64,000 bases of DNA from Gammaproteobacteria bacterium (GCA_965277715.1 OZ255836.1:2240001-2304000); one strand, 5' to 3'; counted from the first letter of the stretch, positions 51,574 through 62,723 are shown. Translations and numbers: made by a program. The notes: a model not told the origin generated them from the letters alone.

Positions 51574-51602
51574 GGCTTCTCTATTGATTATTGGTCATTA
51601 AT

Positions 51603-51640
51603 AAAAAAACTGGCGGCGGGTTCATGACACAAACCCGCCA
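51603..51640 (-). terminator. Hairpin/terminator-like element after the binding-protein gene
   Basis: ggcgggtt...aacccgcc stem with an A-run on the + strand. Confidence 0.5.
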
Positions 51641-51659
51641 CCCGGTCTTTCAAACTAAC

Positions 51660-52742
51660 TTACTGCGCCATCCAGGCAGTGTAACGTTCGCCGATTGAAT
51701 CACCGTAGTCAGCCCACCATTCAGGGCTTGCAACGACAGAGCGCGCCATAACCTCAGGGCGGTTAGGCATATGTTCCATAATGTTTTTGCCATTGTGGAA
51801 CCATGGCTCACCACTTTGCATGATGTCGAACGCAGAAGTGCGCATCGGGCCGTAGTTGATGAACTTAGCCTGACCGGCCTGTTGCTCAGGTGCTGATGCA
51901 TGAATCAGGAATTTCTTGGCTTCTTCAGCGTTTGGTGCACCTTTAACCAGTACCAGCCACTCTTCCTCCAGTACCTGGCCGTCCCAAACGGTGACAAATT
52001 TTTCACCTTCAGACAACACAGCGGCACCAATACGGCCATTGTAGGCCAGTGACATAGCTACTTCACCGGACTTAACCAGTTCGAGGGGTTTCGCACCTGA
52101 AGACCAGAATACGGCGTGGTCTTTGATTTTATCGAGCATGCCGAACGCACGATCAATACCGGCATCGGTGCTCATCACATCGTAAACGTCTTTAACGGCA
52201 ACGCCGTCAGCCAGTAGCGCCATTTCAATCAAGGCGTTAGGCCACGTATGAATACCGCGTTTGCCAGGGAATTTTTCAACGTCAAAGAAATCCGCGATTG
52301 TAGTAGGCTGCTCACCGCTGAATGTGCCCTCTTCATAGAAAGGTACATAAGACCAGAAGATTTGCGGGACAACACAGTCGTTAGGTACTTCGACCATGAT
52401 GTCATCGTCCATTGAAGTGCCATCGGCGGCGGGTTTGAACATGCTGCGATCAAGTTCTTCAAACAGACCTTCATCGCAACCAACACGGGCCTCGTGTGGC
52501 AGCACATCAACAATATCCCAGGTAACAGTGCCAGACTCTACCTGTGTTTTGATTTCACCAAGGCCACCGTTGTAGTTGATAAAATTGACTTTACCTTCTT
52601 TCCAGGTATCAGCGTACGCTTTTTGCTGTGAAGCGGTGTAAGCACCACCCCACGATGTCACATTGACATCGGCTTGTGCTGCTGTCGCCGTAGCAGCCGC
52701 TACAACTGAAGCCAGCAGGGTTTTTTTCATCGTCATTTTCAT
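51660..52742 (-). CDS. Polyamine-type ABC transporter substrate-binding protein
   Basis: Signal peptide, SWGGAY, WDIVD, KFPGKRG, YNGRI. Confidence 0.9.
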   Translation of the reverse strand: MKMTMKKTLLASVVAAATATAAQADVNVTSWGGAYTASQQKAYADTWKEGKVNFINYNGGLGEIKTQVESGTVTWDIVDVLPHEARVGCDEGLFEELDRSMFKPAADGTSMDDDIMVEVPNDCVVPQIFWSYVPFYEEGTFSGEQPTTIADFFDVEKFPGKRGIHTWPNALIEMALLADGVAVKDVYDVMSTDAGIDRAFGMLDKIKDHAVFWSSGAKPLELVKSGEVAMSLAYNGRIGAAVLSEGEKFVTVWDGQVLEEEWLVLVKGAPNAEEAKKFLIHASAPEQQAGQAKFINYGPMRTSAFDIMQSGEPWFHNGKNIMEHMPNRPEVMARSVVASPEWWADYGDSIGERYTAWMAQ

Positions 52743-52805
52743 AGGGTCTTTTTCCTCTTCGGTTTAACCACTCAAGTACAAAAAACTGTCGGGTTGACGC
52801 CCAGG

Positions 52806-53903
52806 TTAGTCTGATGGGTCAAGCGCTCGACAATCTTCCACATTCCAACCGATATTAACGGTATCACCCTTCTGAAGGTGCGCATGAGCGGCTGAATTGG
52901 GAATTTTTACAATAAAATCGTCGTGACCACAGACCGTGAAACGGGTTCGTATATGATCACCCAGGTAAATCAGCTCTTCAGCTTTACCCGAAAAAATATT
53001 TGGCAGGGAACCCGTCTCCGGGTTGACTATCACGCGTTCCGGGCGCAACGATAAGGTACTACGGCTACCCACGCCGCCAACGTTGACTTTTTTGGCTTCG
53101 ACAACACCGGCATTGTTATCGATATCGACCTTAACACTTTCGCCCAGATCCTCGATCACATTGCCTAGCAGGCGATTGTTTTCGCCAATAAAATTGGCAC
53201 AGAACGCATTTTCGGGGCGTTCATAGAGGTCTCCCGGTGGTGCGCACTGTTGGATGATGCCATCATCGAAAACCGCGATACGGTTAGACATGGTCAGTGC
53301 TTCACTTTGGTCGTGGGTGACGTAGACGACGGTCAATCCGAGGTTTTCATGGATATGCTTAATTTCATACTGCATTTGTTCGCGCAGGTTCTTATCGAGC
53401 GCACCCAGTGGTTCGTCCATGAGTACCAGGTCAGGGTCAAACACCAACGAACGGGCAACCGCAACGCGCTGTTGTTGACCGCCCGATAACTGTGCGGGAC
53501 GACGATCACCAAATGCGCCGAGTTGTACCATATCCAATGCACGTTTGACGCGGGACTCACGTTCACTCTTATCCATTTTGCGCACTTCGAGTGGAAAAGC
53601 CAGGTTCTCAGCTACTGTCATGTGTGGAAAGAGCGCGTAGTTCTGAAACACCATGCCAATGCCGCGTTTGTGCGGGGGCACCTTATTGATTGGGTTTTCT
53701 TTGAGGTAAATCTCCCCATGTGTCGCCGGTTCAAAGCCCGCGAGCATCATCAAACAGGTTGTTTTACCTGAGCCAGATGGCCCAAGCATAGTGAGAAACT
53801 CACCCTGGGCAACGTCCAGGTTTAGATTTTTGACAACTAATGACTCTCCATCGTAGCTTTTCTGAATATCTACGAATCGAACAAGGGGTTTGTCACTCGA
53901 CAT
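52806..53903 (-). CDS. Polyamine-type ABC transporter ATP-binding protein (PotA-like)
   Basis: GPSGSGKTT, VFQNYALFPHM, LSGGQQQR, DEPLGALD, TOBE tail. Confidence 0.93.
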   Translation of the reverse strand: MSSDKPLVRFVDIQKSYDGESLVVKNLNLDVAQGEFLTMLGPSGSGKTTCLMMLAGFEPATHGEIYLKENPINKVPPHKRGIGMVFQNYALFPHMTVAENLAFPLEVRKMDKSERESRVKRALDMVQLGAFGDRRPAQLSGGQQQRVAVARSLVFDPDLVLMDEPLGALDKNLREQMQYEIKHIHENLGLTVVYVTHDQSEALTMSNRIAVFDDGIIQQCAPPGDLYERPENAFCANFIGENNRLLGNVIEDLGESVKVDIDNNAGVVEAKKVNVGGVGSRSTLSLRPERVIVNPETGSLPNIFSGKAEELIYLGDHIRTRFTVCGHDDFIVKIPNSAAHAHLQKGDTVNIGWNVEDCRALDPSD

Positions 53904-54286
53904 AGTGTTTATATCTCAACTCTTGGCTCAGTCTTCTGGCTCAATTTTTTGGAAGTTAGTAATCTTATGTATCCGGTTTTTAAACGCAGAACTAAAGATT
54001 TTCCGCAGCCTCCTCAGAACTGCAGGTGCACTCGCACCTGAGAACCATATCATCTTGGCCACTAAAATCAATAGCTAAGAGGCTGTCAAACGCAGGCGAT
54101 CAGTACAGGTTTCAACTATTCTGCTAGAAGAACCACAGCACTGTGAATAGAAAATGAATCTGACTTCAGTTAGTTTTTAGTTTATTTATGAGGGTTATCA
54201 GTTTTCAGTCCCAGGTGCGACGTTGTATTAACCATTCGCACAACATCAGTCATTTTTTATCGTTGACGCCATGGGGTTTTTTGATG

Positions 54287-54775
54287 TTATAGAGAGCCTT
54301 CAAATTGACAATGGTAGGAAATAACTTCTCCGCGCACACTGGCAATATTGCTTTGAACACGGGTTGCAATCAATGTTTCAACCTTAAAATTGAGTGCAAA
54401 CGTCCAGCTTTCGGTGGAAAAAGGGTTCGATGCCGAGGTGACAAAGATCAAACTGTTGCGCGTATGTGATCGGATTTTAAGTAGGTTGTGTGGTTTTTCG
54501 GTGGTGCTGATCTCGATACTGGGACCTTTTTCGCCAACTGGCAGCCAATCGAATCTAAGCTTGGATTTTCCATCAGCAAACGTTTCGGCAAATAACCATT
54601 CTGAAAACCGTGATTTGGCGTCTTCGCTTTGACTCGCCGAACTTGCTCCCCGATGCTTACCAAGCGTATTGGATTCCTCACTGATGCAGGTGATGCTATT
54701 GGCAATTTTGGGATTGGCTGCTGTGGCGATGACTGGAGATAAACATAGGCACAGGCAGATTAATTGCAGTTTCAT
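54287..54775 (-). CDS. Hypothetical exported protein (162 aa)
   Basis: AGGAGG RBS before ATG 54775; signal peptide MKLQLICLCLCLSPVIATAA; mature part has one N-terminal and one C-terminal Cys. Confidence 0.7.
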   Translation of the reverse strand: MKLQLICLCLCLSPVIATAANPKIANSITCISEESNTLGKHRGASSASQSEDAKSRFSEWLFAETFADGKSKLRFDWLPVGEKGPSIEISTTEKPHNLLKIRSHTRNSLIFVTSASNPFSTESWTFALNFKVETLIATRVQSNIASVRGEVISYHCQFEGSL

Positions 54776-55011
54776 CAAAGCCTCCTGTTGAACGGTGTGA
54801 TCGAATAAGTCAAGCCAGTATATACCCATATCACCATGAAGAAGATCCTTCCGGGGGTATTTGCGCACAGAAAAACCGCCCTTTCCTGGAAAGTATAACG
54901 CTACCCTGCACGACTGAAGCCCCCTAAAGTATGTGAATAAACACTTGCTCAAAAAACCCTTCCCGGCCTATATTTCCTCCCCCGGCCACCAGACACCACC
55001 TGCCACAACGA

Positions 55012-56040
55012 ATGAATGACACTTCTGCTCAAAGCACGCCGGTTTGTTATACGTTTTTGCTGGTGCCCGGTTTTTCAATGATCGCTTTCGCGGCAGCGGT
55101 CGAACCGTTGCGCATGGCTAATCGGGTCAGTGGCAAAACACTCTACCAGTGGACGGCGGTGTCTGTCGATGGCGAGCCGATATCTGCCAGCAACGGGCTC
55201 AGTATCACCCCCGATACAGAAATGTCTGATATCAACACTTGTGATGGGCTGTTTGTGTGCAGTGGTGTGGATATCTACGACGTGGATATTAAGCCCTATA
55301 CTGCGCCTATCAAACGTTTTGTCACGATGAAAGTACCACTGGGGGCGCTATGCACTGGCGCTTACATTCTGGCGCGTATCGGCCTGCTCAACGGTTACCG
55401 CAGCACTATCCACTGGGAGAGCCTGGCCAGCCTGCGCGAGGAGTTCCCCGCCATTATTGTCTCCAGTGAGCTGTTTGAGATCGACCGCGATCGCTTTGTC
55501 GCTGGCGGCGGCACCGCACCACTGGATATGATGCTGCATCTCATCAGCCAAAAACACGGCAATGATCTGGCCGTCAATATTTCAGATATGTTTACCTGCG
55601 AACGCATACGCGGGCGCCACGACCGCCAGCGCATGCCTTTGCAACAACGCCTTGGGTCACGCCAGCCGAAACTGATTGAGGCGGTGTCATTGATGGAGGC
55701 CAACCTCGAAGAGCCAATGAGCCTGGACGAACTGGCCCGCCATGTGGGTGTATCACGCAGGCAACTGGAGCGCATCTTTCAAAAGCATCTGCAGTGCGTG
55801 CCGACCCGCTACTATCTTGAGCTGCGCCTACAGCGCGCACGCCAACTGCTGCTGCAAACCAGTATGTCTATTGTCGATGTAGCCTTTGCCTGTGGGTTTG
55901 TCTCCGCCCCGCACTTCAGCAAGTGCTACCGCGATTGCTATGGCATTCCACCACGCGATGAACGGCGTTTGCGCAACTCAGCCCACCCCGATATACCTAT
56001 TATCGACGCGCCCCCGAAACGTAACGGGATTCAAACTTAA
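55012..56040 (+). CDS. GlxA family transcriptional regulator (GbdR-like)
   Basis: EPLRMANR, TIHWE, LMEANLEEP, SRRQLER, ACGFVSAPHFSKCYR. Confidence 0.93.
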   Translation: MNDTSAQSTPVCYTFLLVPGFSMIAFAAAVEPLRMANRVSGKTLYQWTAVSVDGEPISASNGLSITPDTEMSDINTCDGLFVCSGVDIYDVDIKPYTAPIKRFVTMKVPLGALCTGAYILARIGLLNGYRSTIHWESLASLREEFPAIIVSSELFEIDRDRFVAGGGTAPLDMMLHLISQKHGNDLAVNISDMFTCERIRGRHDRQRMPLQQRLGSRQPKLIEAVSLMEANLEEPMSLDELARHVGVSRRQLERIFQKHLQCVPTRYYLELRLQRARQLLLQTSMSIVDVAFACGFVSAPHFSKCYRDCYGIPPRDERRLRNSAHPDIPIIDAPPKRNGIQT

Positions 56041-56124
56041 CCGGGTTTAAAATTGCCAACCCAGTAGCGGTGTAATAGTATTCACGCCCGTTAATTTAGC
56101 CGCCCTGTTTGGCAGACGCATACC

Positions 56125-56943
56125 ATGACCCACACTCACACCCCCATTGAGTCGATACCCGACGTACAGAGCTATACTGACCAACGGCATATCGGTATCA
56201 ACCGGGTCGGTATCCGCGATATTCGCCACCCGGTTAGTGTGGTTGACCGCAGTGGTGTGATACAAAATACCGTGGCGCGCTTTTCCATGTCGGTACGCCT
56301 GCCAGAGGATCGCAAAGGCACGCATATGTCGCGTTTCTCACAACTGCTCAACGAGCACGATCACGCCGCCCATTCAGTGAAAAATTTCGAGAGCCTGTTT
56401 GCCCAAATGAACCGGCGCCTGGATAGCACCGCAGGCACTATTGAGATGACATTCCCCTACTTTATCAGCAAGCAGGCGCCGATAAGCGGTGTACATGGCA
56501 TGCTTGATTACCAGGTAACCCTGCGCTCAGATGTGCGCGTGGAAAAGCAAACTGATACATCAGTCAAAGTGGTAGTGCCGGTTACGTCACTGTGTCCGTG
56601 CTCCAGGGAAATCTCCGACTACGGCGCGCACAACCAGCGCTCGCATATCACCATAGATGTACGTATCAGTGAACCGGTATGGATCGAAGAGTTGATCGAT
56701 ATCGCCGAACGGGAGGCATCCAGCGAGTTGTACAGCCAGTTAAAGCGCGCCGATGAGAAGGTGGTTACCGAGCGCGCCTATGACAATCCCAAATTTGTCG
56801 AGGATTTAATCCGGGATGTCGCCCAACACTTAAACAGCGATGCACGTATTCGCGCCTACACGCTGGAAGTGGAAAATTTTGAATCGATTCACAACCACTC
56901 GGCCTACGCGATGATTCAACACGATAAGGATACCTCCGTCTAA
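56125..56943 (+). CDS. folE2: GTP cyclohydrolase IB (FolE2)
   Basis: [36 protein letters not shown]. Confidence 0.95.
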   Translation: MTHTHTPIESIPDVQSYTDQRHIGINRVGIRDIRHPVSVVDRSGVIQNTVARFSMSVRLPEDRKGTHMSRFSQLLNEHDHAAHSVKNFESLFAQMNRRLDSTAGTIEMTFPYFISKQAPISGVHGMLDYQVTLRSDVRVEKQTDTSVKVVVPVTSLCPCSREISDYGAHNQRSHITIDVRISEPVWIEELIDIAEREASSELYSQLKRADEKVVTERAYDNPKFVEDLIRDVAQHLNSDARIRAYTLEVENFESIHNHSAYAMIQHDKDTSV

Positions 56944-56960
56944 AACAGACTGCGCGCCGC

Positions 56961-57725
56961 CTACCTCACCTCACCAAACCATTCACTGCAATGCGACTGC
57001 GATAACACCGAAACCCGTGCAGCGCCATCCGGCAATACGTTGGCGATGGCTGTCAGCGCTTTCTTTGGGGTATTATTTTTATCACTGAGGTGTGCAAGTA
57101 AAATAAATTCCAGCGCACTGTGATCAATCGATGCCAGCAGGCAGGCCGCCTGGCGATTTGACAAGTGTCCATAGCGCCCACCGACGCGGGCCTGTAATGT
57201 AGGTGGGTAGGGGCCATTGCGCAGCATATCTTCGTCGTGATTGCACTCCAACACCAGCCCATTGACTGTGTTTACACTGTCGATAACGTGTGGGGTAACC
57301 GTGCCCAGGTCGGTCAATACAGCCAGCTTGTAATTATCTGAGGCAATCACAAACTGACAAGCTTCAGCCGCATCGTGTGGTACAACAAAGGGGTGTAACT
57401 CAAAGCAACCGATGGAGAATTTTTGCGCCGCAGAGAAAAAACGCAGATCGGCAATACGCTTATCACGGGCGCGTCGCCAGGTGCCACGTGTCATCCATAC
57501 AGGTAGATTAAAACGCCGCGCCAAAGGTGCGACGCCCGCGAGATGATCGCTGTGCTCGTGAGTGACAACAATACCCAGTAAATCGGTTGGGTGCATAGCG
57601 AGTTGTTCAAGGCGGCGTACTGTCTCTTTAATGGTGAGGCCGCAGTCGAGTAAAAACGCACTCCCACCCTGCTTGATAACAGCCGCATTGCCACTGCTGC
57701 CGCTGCCTACGCACGCGTAGTTCAA
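56961..57725 (-). CDS. MBL fold metallo-hydrolase (YycJ-like)
   Basis: GSGSSGN, THEHSDH, HDA, LECNHD, GHLSN, AHLS. Confidence 0.92.
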   Translation of the reverse strand: MNYACVGSGSSGNAAVIKQGGSAFLLDCGLTIKETVRRLEQLAMHPTDLLGIVVTHEHSDHLAGVAPLARRFNLPVWMTRGTWRRARDKRIADLRFFSAAQKFSIGCFELHPFVVPHDAAEACQFVIASDNYKLAVLTDLGTVTPHVIDSVNTVNGLVLECNHDEDMLRNGPYPPTLQARVGGRYGHLSNRQAACLLASIDHSALEFILLAHLSDKNNTPKKALTAIANVLPDGAARVSVLSQSHCSEWFGEVR

Positions 57726-57743
57726 GATAGGTGTCTTAAAAGT

Positions 57744-58856
57744 CTAAATAAGCTGTAAACGCATCGCATCAAGGATGGCGTGCTCTTCCTCAGGGTGCAG
57801 CGCCTCGCCATTTGCATCGCTAAGCGTCACATAAGTACCGTTTGACTGTTCATTCAAATACACTTGGTAGCCCTTAATATTGTCACTTGAATCAAAAAAA
57901 CCGAAAACACGGCCGAAAAACCCCTCATCCTCTTGGGACGCCTCTACCAGGTGAAATGCACCCGCGTAGCTCACCTGATAGCGTGCCGTATTAATATCTT
58001 CATCTTCGATATAAAAATTCAGATTCTCCAATACAACCGACACCTTGGGCCAGGCCAGGGCAAAGGGTTCAGCGATGAATAATGCCGATTCCTGTTGATC
58101 GTTTTTCACAATGTAAGCCGGTGATTCAAGCTGCACCACTTCGACATCACTGAGCACACCTTTGGCCCGCTGTACATCAATACCGAGGTACACCATCAAA
58201 CGGGTTAACAGTCTCGCCTCTAGCTCAGGATTTCGCCCCACATCCTGCCATTCATACTCGCCATCCTCCTCCCGAGGATTGGCGGTTTCGATAGCCTGCT
58301 CAGAAATTTCCCGGTGAGTAACAAACAGGCGGGTCGACATATCACTATCCCGCTCAAAGCGAAAAACATAACTGGTGAGCGATGAAGAGGGGGTTAACAC
58401 CGCCAGCGCATCGCTAAAAAAACCTGAAATACCCGACTGTGGCACAGCAATTTTATCCTCTGCCCAGGTGGTTTCCATATAACCAGACAGGGGTTCATTC
58501 TTACTGAGCACATACCCTTCCCGAAAAATAAACTCCCGCACTTGTGGCCAGAGTTTCTCTACTTCAACCGACAGTGCCAGCCAACTCAAATCACCTTCGC
58601 GCATAAAGCGCACTTCCTCTATCTCTGGCAGCAGGGTATTACGCTGGATTTTACTGCTATCAATACCAGATACAACAAACTCACCACTTTTGTCTGGCGC
58701 GGCAAGATCGGGGGGTACCTCTAATTCCTCTGCGCTTTGGGCGCGCTGGTATTGCACCTCGGGCCGGTCATCCGAATAGAACGCGCTACAGGCAGCCTGG
58801 CCGAATAGAACAGACATACCAAGTACCAGCAGGGGAAGTTTAAGCAGTGGTTTCAT
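57744..58856 (-). CDS. bamC: Outer membrane protein assembly factor BamC (lipoprotein)
   Basis: Lipobox AAC, LEVPPDL, GYMETTW, ELEARLL; upstream of the YycJ-like gene. Confidence 0.85.
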   Translation of the reverse strand: MKPLLKLPLLVLGMSVLFGQAACSAFYSDDRPEVQYQRAQSAEELEVPPDLAAPDKSGEFVVSGIDSSKIQRNTLLPEIEEVRFMREGDLSWLALSVEVEKLWPQVREFIFREGYVLSKNEPLSGYMETTWAEDKIAVPQSGISGFFSDALAVLTPSSSLTSYVFRFERDSDMSTRLFVTHREISEQAIETANPREEDGEYEWQDVGRNPELEARLLTRLMVYLGIDVQRAKGVLSDVEVVQLESPAYIVKNDQQESALFIAEPFALAWPKVSVVLENLNFYIEDEDINTARYQVSYAGAFHLVEASQEDEGFFGRVFGFFDSSDNIKGYQVYLNEQSNGTYVTLSDANGEALHPEEEHAILDAMRLQLI

Positions 58857-59008
58857 AAATAATTAACGTCACGAATGAAATTTACCCTAATTAGATTTAC
58901 ATGCCAGTGAGCTTATATTTTATATTTTTAGCATCGTGCACCAGCGCGCCGCAATGGTACTTGGCAGCACTGGTAATAACAAGCGGTCAGGGGTTACTGG
59001 GTTGCAAG

Positions 59009-59319
59009 CTAGTACACCGTCTAACTTATATTGACGGGTTCAGGGCTGCTCTACTGCGGAAAAACCGATTTGGCCCTTTTTTGCGCACCCTTTTTTGCAT
59101 AACATTTCGTCAAGTAGCACCACTATTCTCCCCAATAGTGCGTAAAAAAAATGACTCAAATCGGTCTTTCCCTCGCTACGAGCACCTAAGCCCGACAGGC
59201 TCCTGATATGCATTAACTTGCAACCAATTGTTCCAGAACGCTTTTTTCTGGAACAATTATTGGCTAATGCATCAGACATCATGTATTGACTTGTGTGCAA
59301 GTTAATACATGGGGTCTAG
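59009..59319. mobile_element. Composite MITE (family D end + family C body + inverted family B), bounded by CTAG
   Basis: ctagtacaccgtc...ttgacgg; tctactgcgg...ccctcgctacga; cccgacaggctcct; family B copy ending ggggtctag. Confidence 0.75.
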
Positions 59320-59387
59320 GTTTCGCCACAGAGAATGTATAAACTCGCCACTTCCAACCGGAAAATTCAATATTCGTGGAGTTCTCT

Positions 59388-59870
59388 GTGAGTAATAGTG
59401 AATTGAGCACTATCGAAATAGGCGTGAAAATCCCGCCAATCGCATTGCCCGCCACAAGTGGGCAAACGATCAACCTGGCCGATTTTATAGGTCAATCCAT
59501 CGTATTGTATTTTTACCCCAAGGACAGCACCCCAGGCTGTACGACGGAAAGCATCGACTTCACCACACACTACGCCGACTTTACCGCAGCGAACTGCGTT
59601 ATTTTTGGCATTTCCCGTGACAGCCTGAAAAGCCACGAAAAATTCAAAGCCAAATACGCCATGCCGTTTGAGCTGTTATCCGACGCCGATGAAAACGTTT
59701 GCCGATTGTTCGATGTCATTAAGATGAAGAATATGTACGGAAAACAGTACGAAGGCATTGAGCGAAGCACCTTTCTTATCGACGCTAATGGAGTATTACA
59801 GCGCGTATGGCGCAAGGTGAGGGTAAAGGAGCACGTTGCGGAGGTGTTGGCAGCCGTACAATCGCTATAG
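59388..59870 (+). CDS. bcp: Thioredoxin-dependent peroxiredoxin
   Basis: YFYPKDSTPGCT, GISRD, RSTFLID; start placed at GTG after GGAG. Confidence 0.93.
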   Translation: MSNSELSTIEIGVKIPPIALPATSGQTINLADFIGQSIVLYFYPKDSTPGCTTESIDFTTHYADFTAANCVIFGISRDSLKSHEKFKAKYAMPFELLSDADENVCRLFDVIKMKNMYGKQYEGIERSTFLIDANGVLQRVWRKVRVKEHVAEVLAAVQSL

Positions 59871-59889
59871 AGGATATTGGCGAAGGTTG

Positions 59890-60945
59890 CTATACCTTGG
59901 CCTGCCGTGGCCAGGCGTTTAACACCGCCTGTACCAGCGTTGCCAGTGGGATAGCAAAAAACACCCCCCAGACGCCCCACAGACCACCAAAAAACAATAC
60001 CGCGACGATAATCGCAATGGGGTGCAAATTGACCACCTCTGAGAACAACACGGGCACCAGTACATTGCCGTCGAGGATCTGAATAATCGCATAGGCCAAT
60101 AGCAGGTAACCAAACTGTGGATCAACCCCCCACTGAAAAAACCCGATCAACGCAACGGGAACGGTCACGGCCACCGCCCCAACAAACGGAACAATGACCG
60201 ATATCCCCACCAAAAAACTCAGCAGCAAGGCAAAATTTAGCCCCATAAAGGCAAATGTCACAAAAGTAACCGCCCACACGATGAGTATTTCAATGAATTT
60301 TCCACGGATATAGTTGGCGATTTTAATATCGACTTCACGCCAGACCCGATCGATCAACTCGCGCTGCCTGGGGGCAAAATTAGCCGCCCAGGCCAACAGT
60401 GCCTGTTTGTCTTTGAGGGCAAAATACACCATCAATGGCACCAGTACTGTGTAGAGGGCAAAGGCAAAAATATTCACCGCATTAGCCAGCGAAAATGACA
60501 GAAACGCCTGACCAATCGAGCCGACACCTGAGCGCACTGTATTGATCAAATCGTTTATTTGTTCGGCACTCACCACCGACGGATACGCCGCTGGCAACCG
60601 CTGTAGTGCATCCTGACCGGTGGCGATCATGGCCGGAAACGCCCTGATAAGTTCTGCGAGCTGACGCCACAACAAAGGCACCAGACCAAATACCAACACC
60701 ATAAAAAATACAAAAAACAATAGCAGTACAACCGCCGCCCCCAATGAACGCGGCACGTTGATCCTTTCCATTGCCGACACCAGACCCTCCAGCAAATAAG
60801 CGAGCAATACCGCCAACAGCACCGGGGCCAGGATGTCGCCAAGCAGCAGAATGCCCAGCAATGCCAGCGCCAGCACAATCGCCAGTATTACCACCTGTGG
60901 GTCAGAAAAGTGCCTTTTATACCAATTGTTTATTACACTGAACAT
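59890..60945 (-). CDS. AI-2E family transporter (PerM-like)
   Basis: RHFSDP, NYIRGK, QILDGNVLVP, LHP, FFAIPLA. Confidence 0.92.
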   Translation of the reverse strand: MFSVINNWYKRHFSDPQVVILAIVLALALLGILLLGDILAPVLLAVLLAYLLEGLVSAMERINVPRSLGAAVVLLLFFVFFMVLVFGLVPLLWRQLAELIRAFPAMIATGQDALQRLPAAYPSVVSAEQINDLINTVRSGVGSIGQAFLSFSLANAVNIFAFALYTVLVPLMVYFALKDKQALLAWAANFAPRQRELIDRVWREVDIKIANYIRGKFIEILIVWAVTFVTFAFMGLNFALLLSFLVGISVIVPFVGAVAVTVPVALIGFFQWGVDPQFGYLLLAYAIIQILDGNVLVPVLFSEVVNLHPIAIIVAVLFFGGLWGVWGVFFAIPLATLVQAVLNAWPRQAKV

Positions 60946-60961
60946 ATGTTTTTATCTTGGG

Positions 60962-61867
60962 TTATTTGCCATCATTCACTTCACAGTAATCGCGCGCAAA
61001 ATCGTATAGCCTGTCCATCAGGCGCGTGCGAAACTGCTGCCTTTGGCGCACAAATGAGAAACTGCGTTCGAGGGGCGGATCCAATGGAATGGCACACAGT
61101 ATGCCAAGACGCAACTCCTTTTCAATGGTCGCCAGGGAAACGACTGAAATACCCATACCCGCCTCCACAGCGCCTTTAATCGATTCAGTGCTACCCATTT
61201 CAAGCTCGTTATTGAGATCACTCTCCTGGTAGCCCTGAGCTTGCAGATAATCACAAAACACCCCCCGCGTACCCGATTCCGCCTCGCGAAAAATAAAGGG
61301 ATGGTTCAACAGCTCGGCACAGGGCACCACAACCTGACCGGCCAGTGAGTGTTTGTTGGACACGATTGCCACCAGCTTATCCACCCGGCACGGTTCCACC
61401 AATAAGTGTTTATTGGTAACCGCCCCCTCTACGATACCCAGGTCGATTGTATTATCCTCAACCATGGTCACAATGCCCTCGGTGTGGGTGACTTTCAAAC
61501 GGACACCGGCACCGGGGTAGACACGTTTAAATTCACCGAGCATCGCCGGTAGCATATATTCAGCGATGGTAGTGCTGGCGCCCACGATAACCGTGCCACT
61601 GCTGTCACCCGTCATCGATTTGATCGACTCATTCATTTCATTGTACAAGTCGAGAATGCGCCCACTGTAAGCAAATACCTCATCGCCGGCACGGGTTAGG
61701 CTGACTTTATTGTGTGTACGGTCAAATAGGCGGGTGGCAAACGTCTCCTCTAACTGGCGCACCTGAAAGGTCACCGCAGGTTGTGTCATATTCAGTTCTT
61801 CCGCTGCTTTTGTAAAACTCAGCAGCCTGGCAACTGTATAAAATACTTCCAGACGACGATCAGACAT
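60962..61867 (-). CDS. LysR family transcriptional regulator (CysL-like)
   Basis: SFTKAAEELNMTQPAVTFQV, GASTTIAEY, RE..SGTR. Confidence 0.92.
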   Translation of the reverse strand: MSDRRLEVFYTVARLLSFTKAAEELNMTQPAVTFQVRQLEETFATRLFDRTHNKVSLTRAGDEVFAYSGRILDLYNEMNESIKSMTGDSSGTVIVGASTTIAEYMLPAMLGEFKRVYPGAGVRLKVTHTEGIVTMVEDNTIDLGIVEGAVTNKHLLVEPCRVDKLVAIVSNKHSLAGQVVVPCAELLNHPFIFREAESGTRGVFCDYLQAQGYQESDLNNELEMGSTESIKGAVEAGMGISVVSLATIEKELRLGILCAIPLDPPLERSFSFVRQRQQFRTRLMDRLYDFARDYCEVNDGK

Positions 61868-62174
61868 TATCAACCTCTACAGTCAGGCAGGGACGGTGGC
61901 CACGACAGCAAAACAGCGATACTGCAAACAAATTGATTTTCACTTTATTTATTATCTGCCCCTCATTTAGCTGCTTCAGGAAACACCGAAAAACGTTTAC
62001 CGAAAAACGCTTACCGATAGTAAACTATTTTTTTGCCGGAAAGCGGACCAACTTCACCGGGTGGGAAGCGATCACCCATCACATTGACAGAAACGTTTGT
62101 ATTAGGGTACACATCGCATACTATTCAGATACAATCGTCACCCTAAATCGGGCCTATTCAGAGTCACTATAAAC

Positions 62175-62708
62175 ATGAAACGTGTTGATTTACCCCCCAG
62201 ACAATGTAGTACCAGCAGTAACCCTTCCCCCCTTTCAGTTCGTGCACAAGGTTATTTCAATACCGCATCAACGCTATTTGCCGTTGTATTATTACTCAGC
62301 TCAACCGCTATTGAAGCCAAAATCTACAAATGGATCGACAGCGATGGCATTACCCAATACACGCAGTCGCCACCGCCAGAAGATGTAAGCAGCGAAGAAA
62401 TTCCCACGCAAACCTATGATGCTGAAGCCGCCGCCCAATCGAAACAGGCACTGCAAAAACGCATAGATGCGCTAAACCAACGGCGTGACGATAAAAAACA
62501 GGCGAAAAATAAAGATGAAAAAACCAGTGAAGAACAAAAGGAACGGGAAAAATACTGTGAAGTGGCAAAACAGCGCCTCGCCGAATTCCAAACTGGCCGA
62601 CCGTTGGCTCAAGAGCAGGCCGATGGCAGCTTTGTCCGCATGACCGAGGAACAGCTAGCCGCACAAATAGCCACAGTGCAGGAAAAAATTACAGAGCTAT
62701 GCAACTAA
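62175..62708 (+). CDS. DUF4124 domain protein
   Basis: IYKWIDSDGITQYTQSPP, coiled region, terminal Cys pair; start uncertain. Confidence 0.8.
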   Translation: MKRVDLPPRQCSTSSNPSPLSVRAQGYFNTASTLFAVVLLLSSTAIEAKIYKWIDSDGITQYTQSPPPEDVSSEEIPTQTYDAEAAAQSKQALQKRIDALNQRRDDKKQAKNKDEKTSEEQKEREKYCEVAKQRLAEFQTGRPLAQEQADGSFVRMTEEQLAAQIATVQEKITELCN

Positions 62709-62723
62709 CCCGGGTAGGTTCGC

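Noticed and set aside
59040-59300. 86-aa ORF similar to the ORF at 5684-5893
   Set aside because: The similarity comes from the family B repeat, not from a gene family
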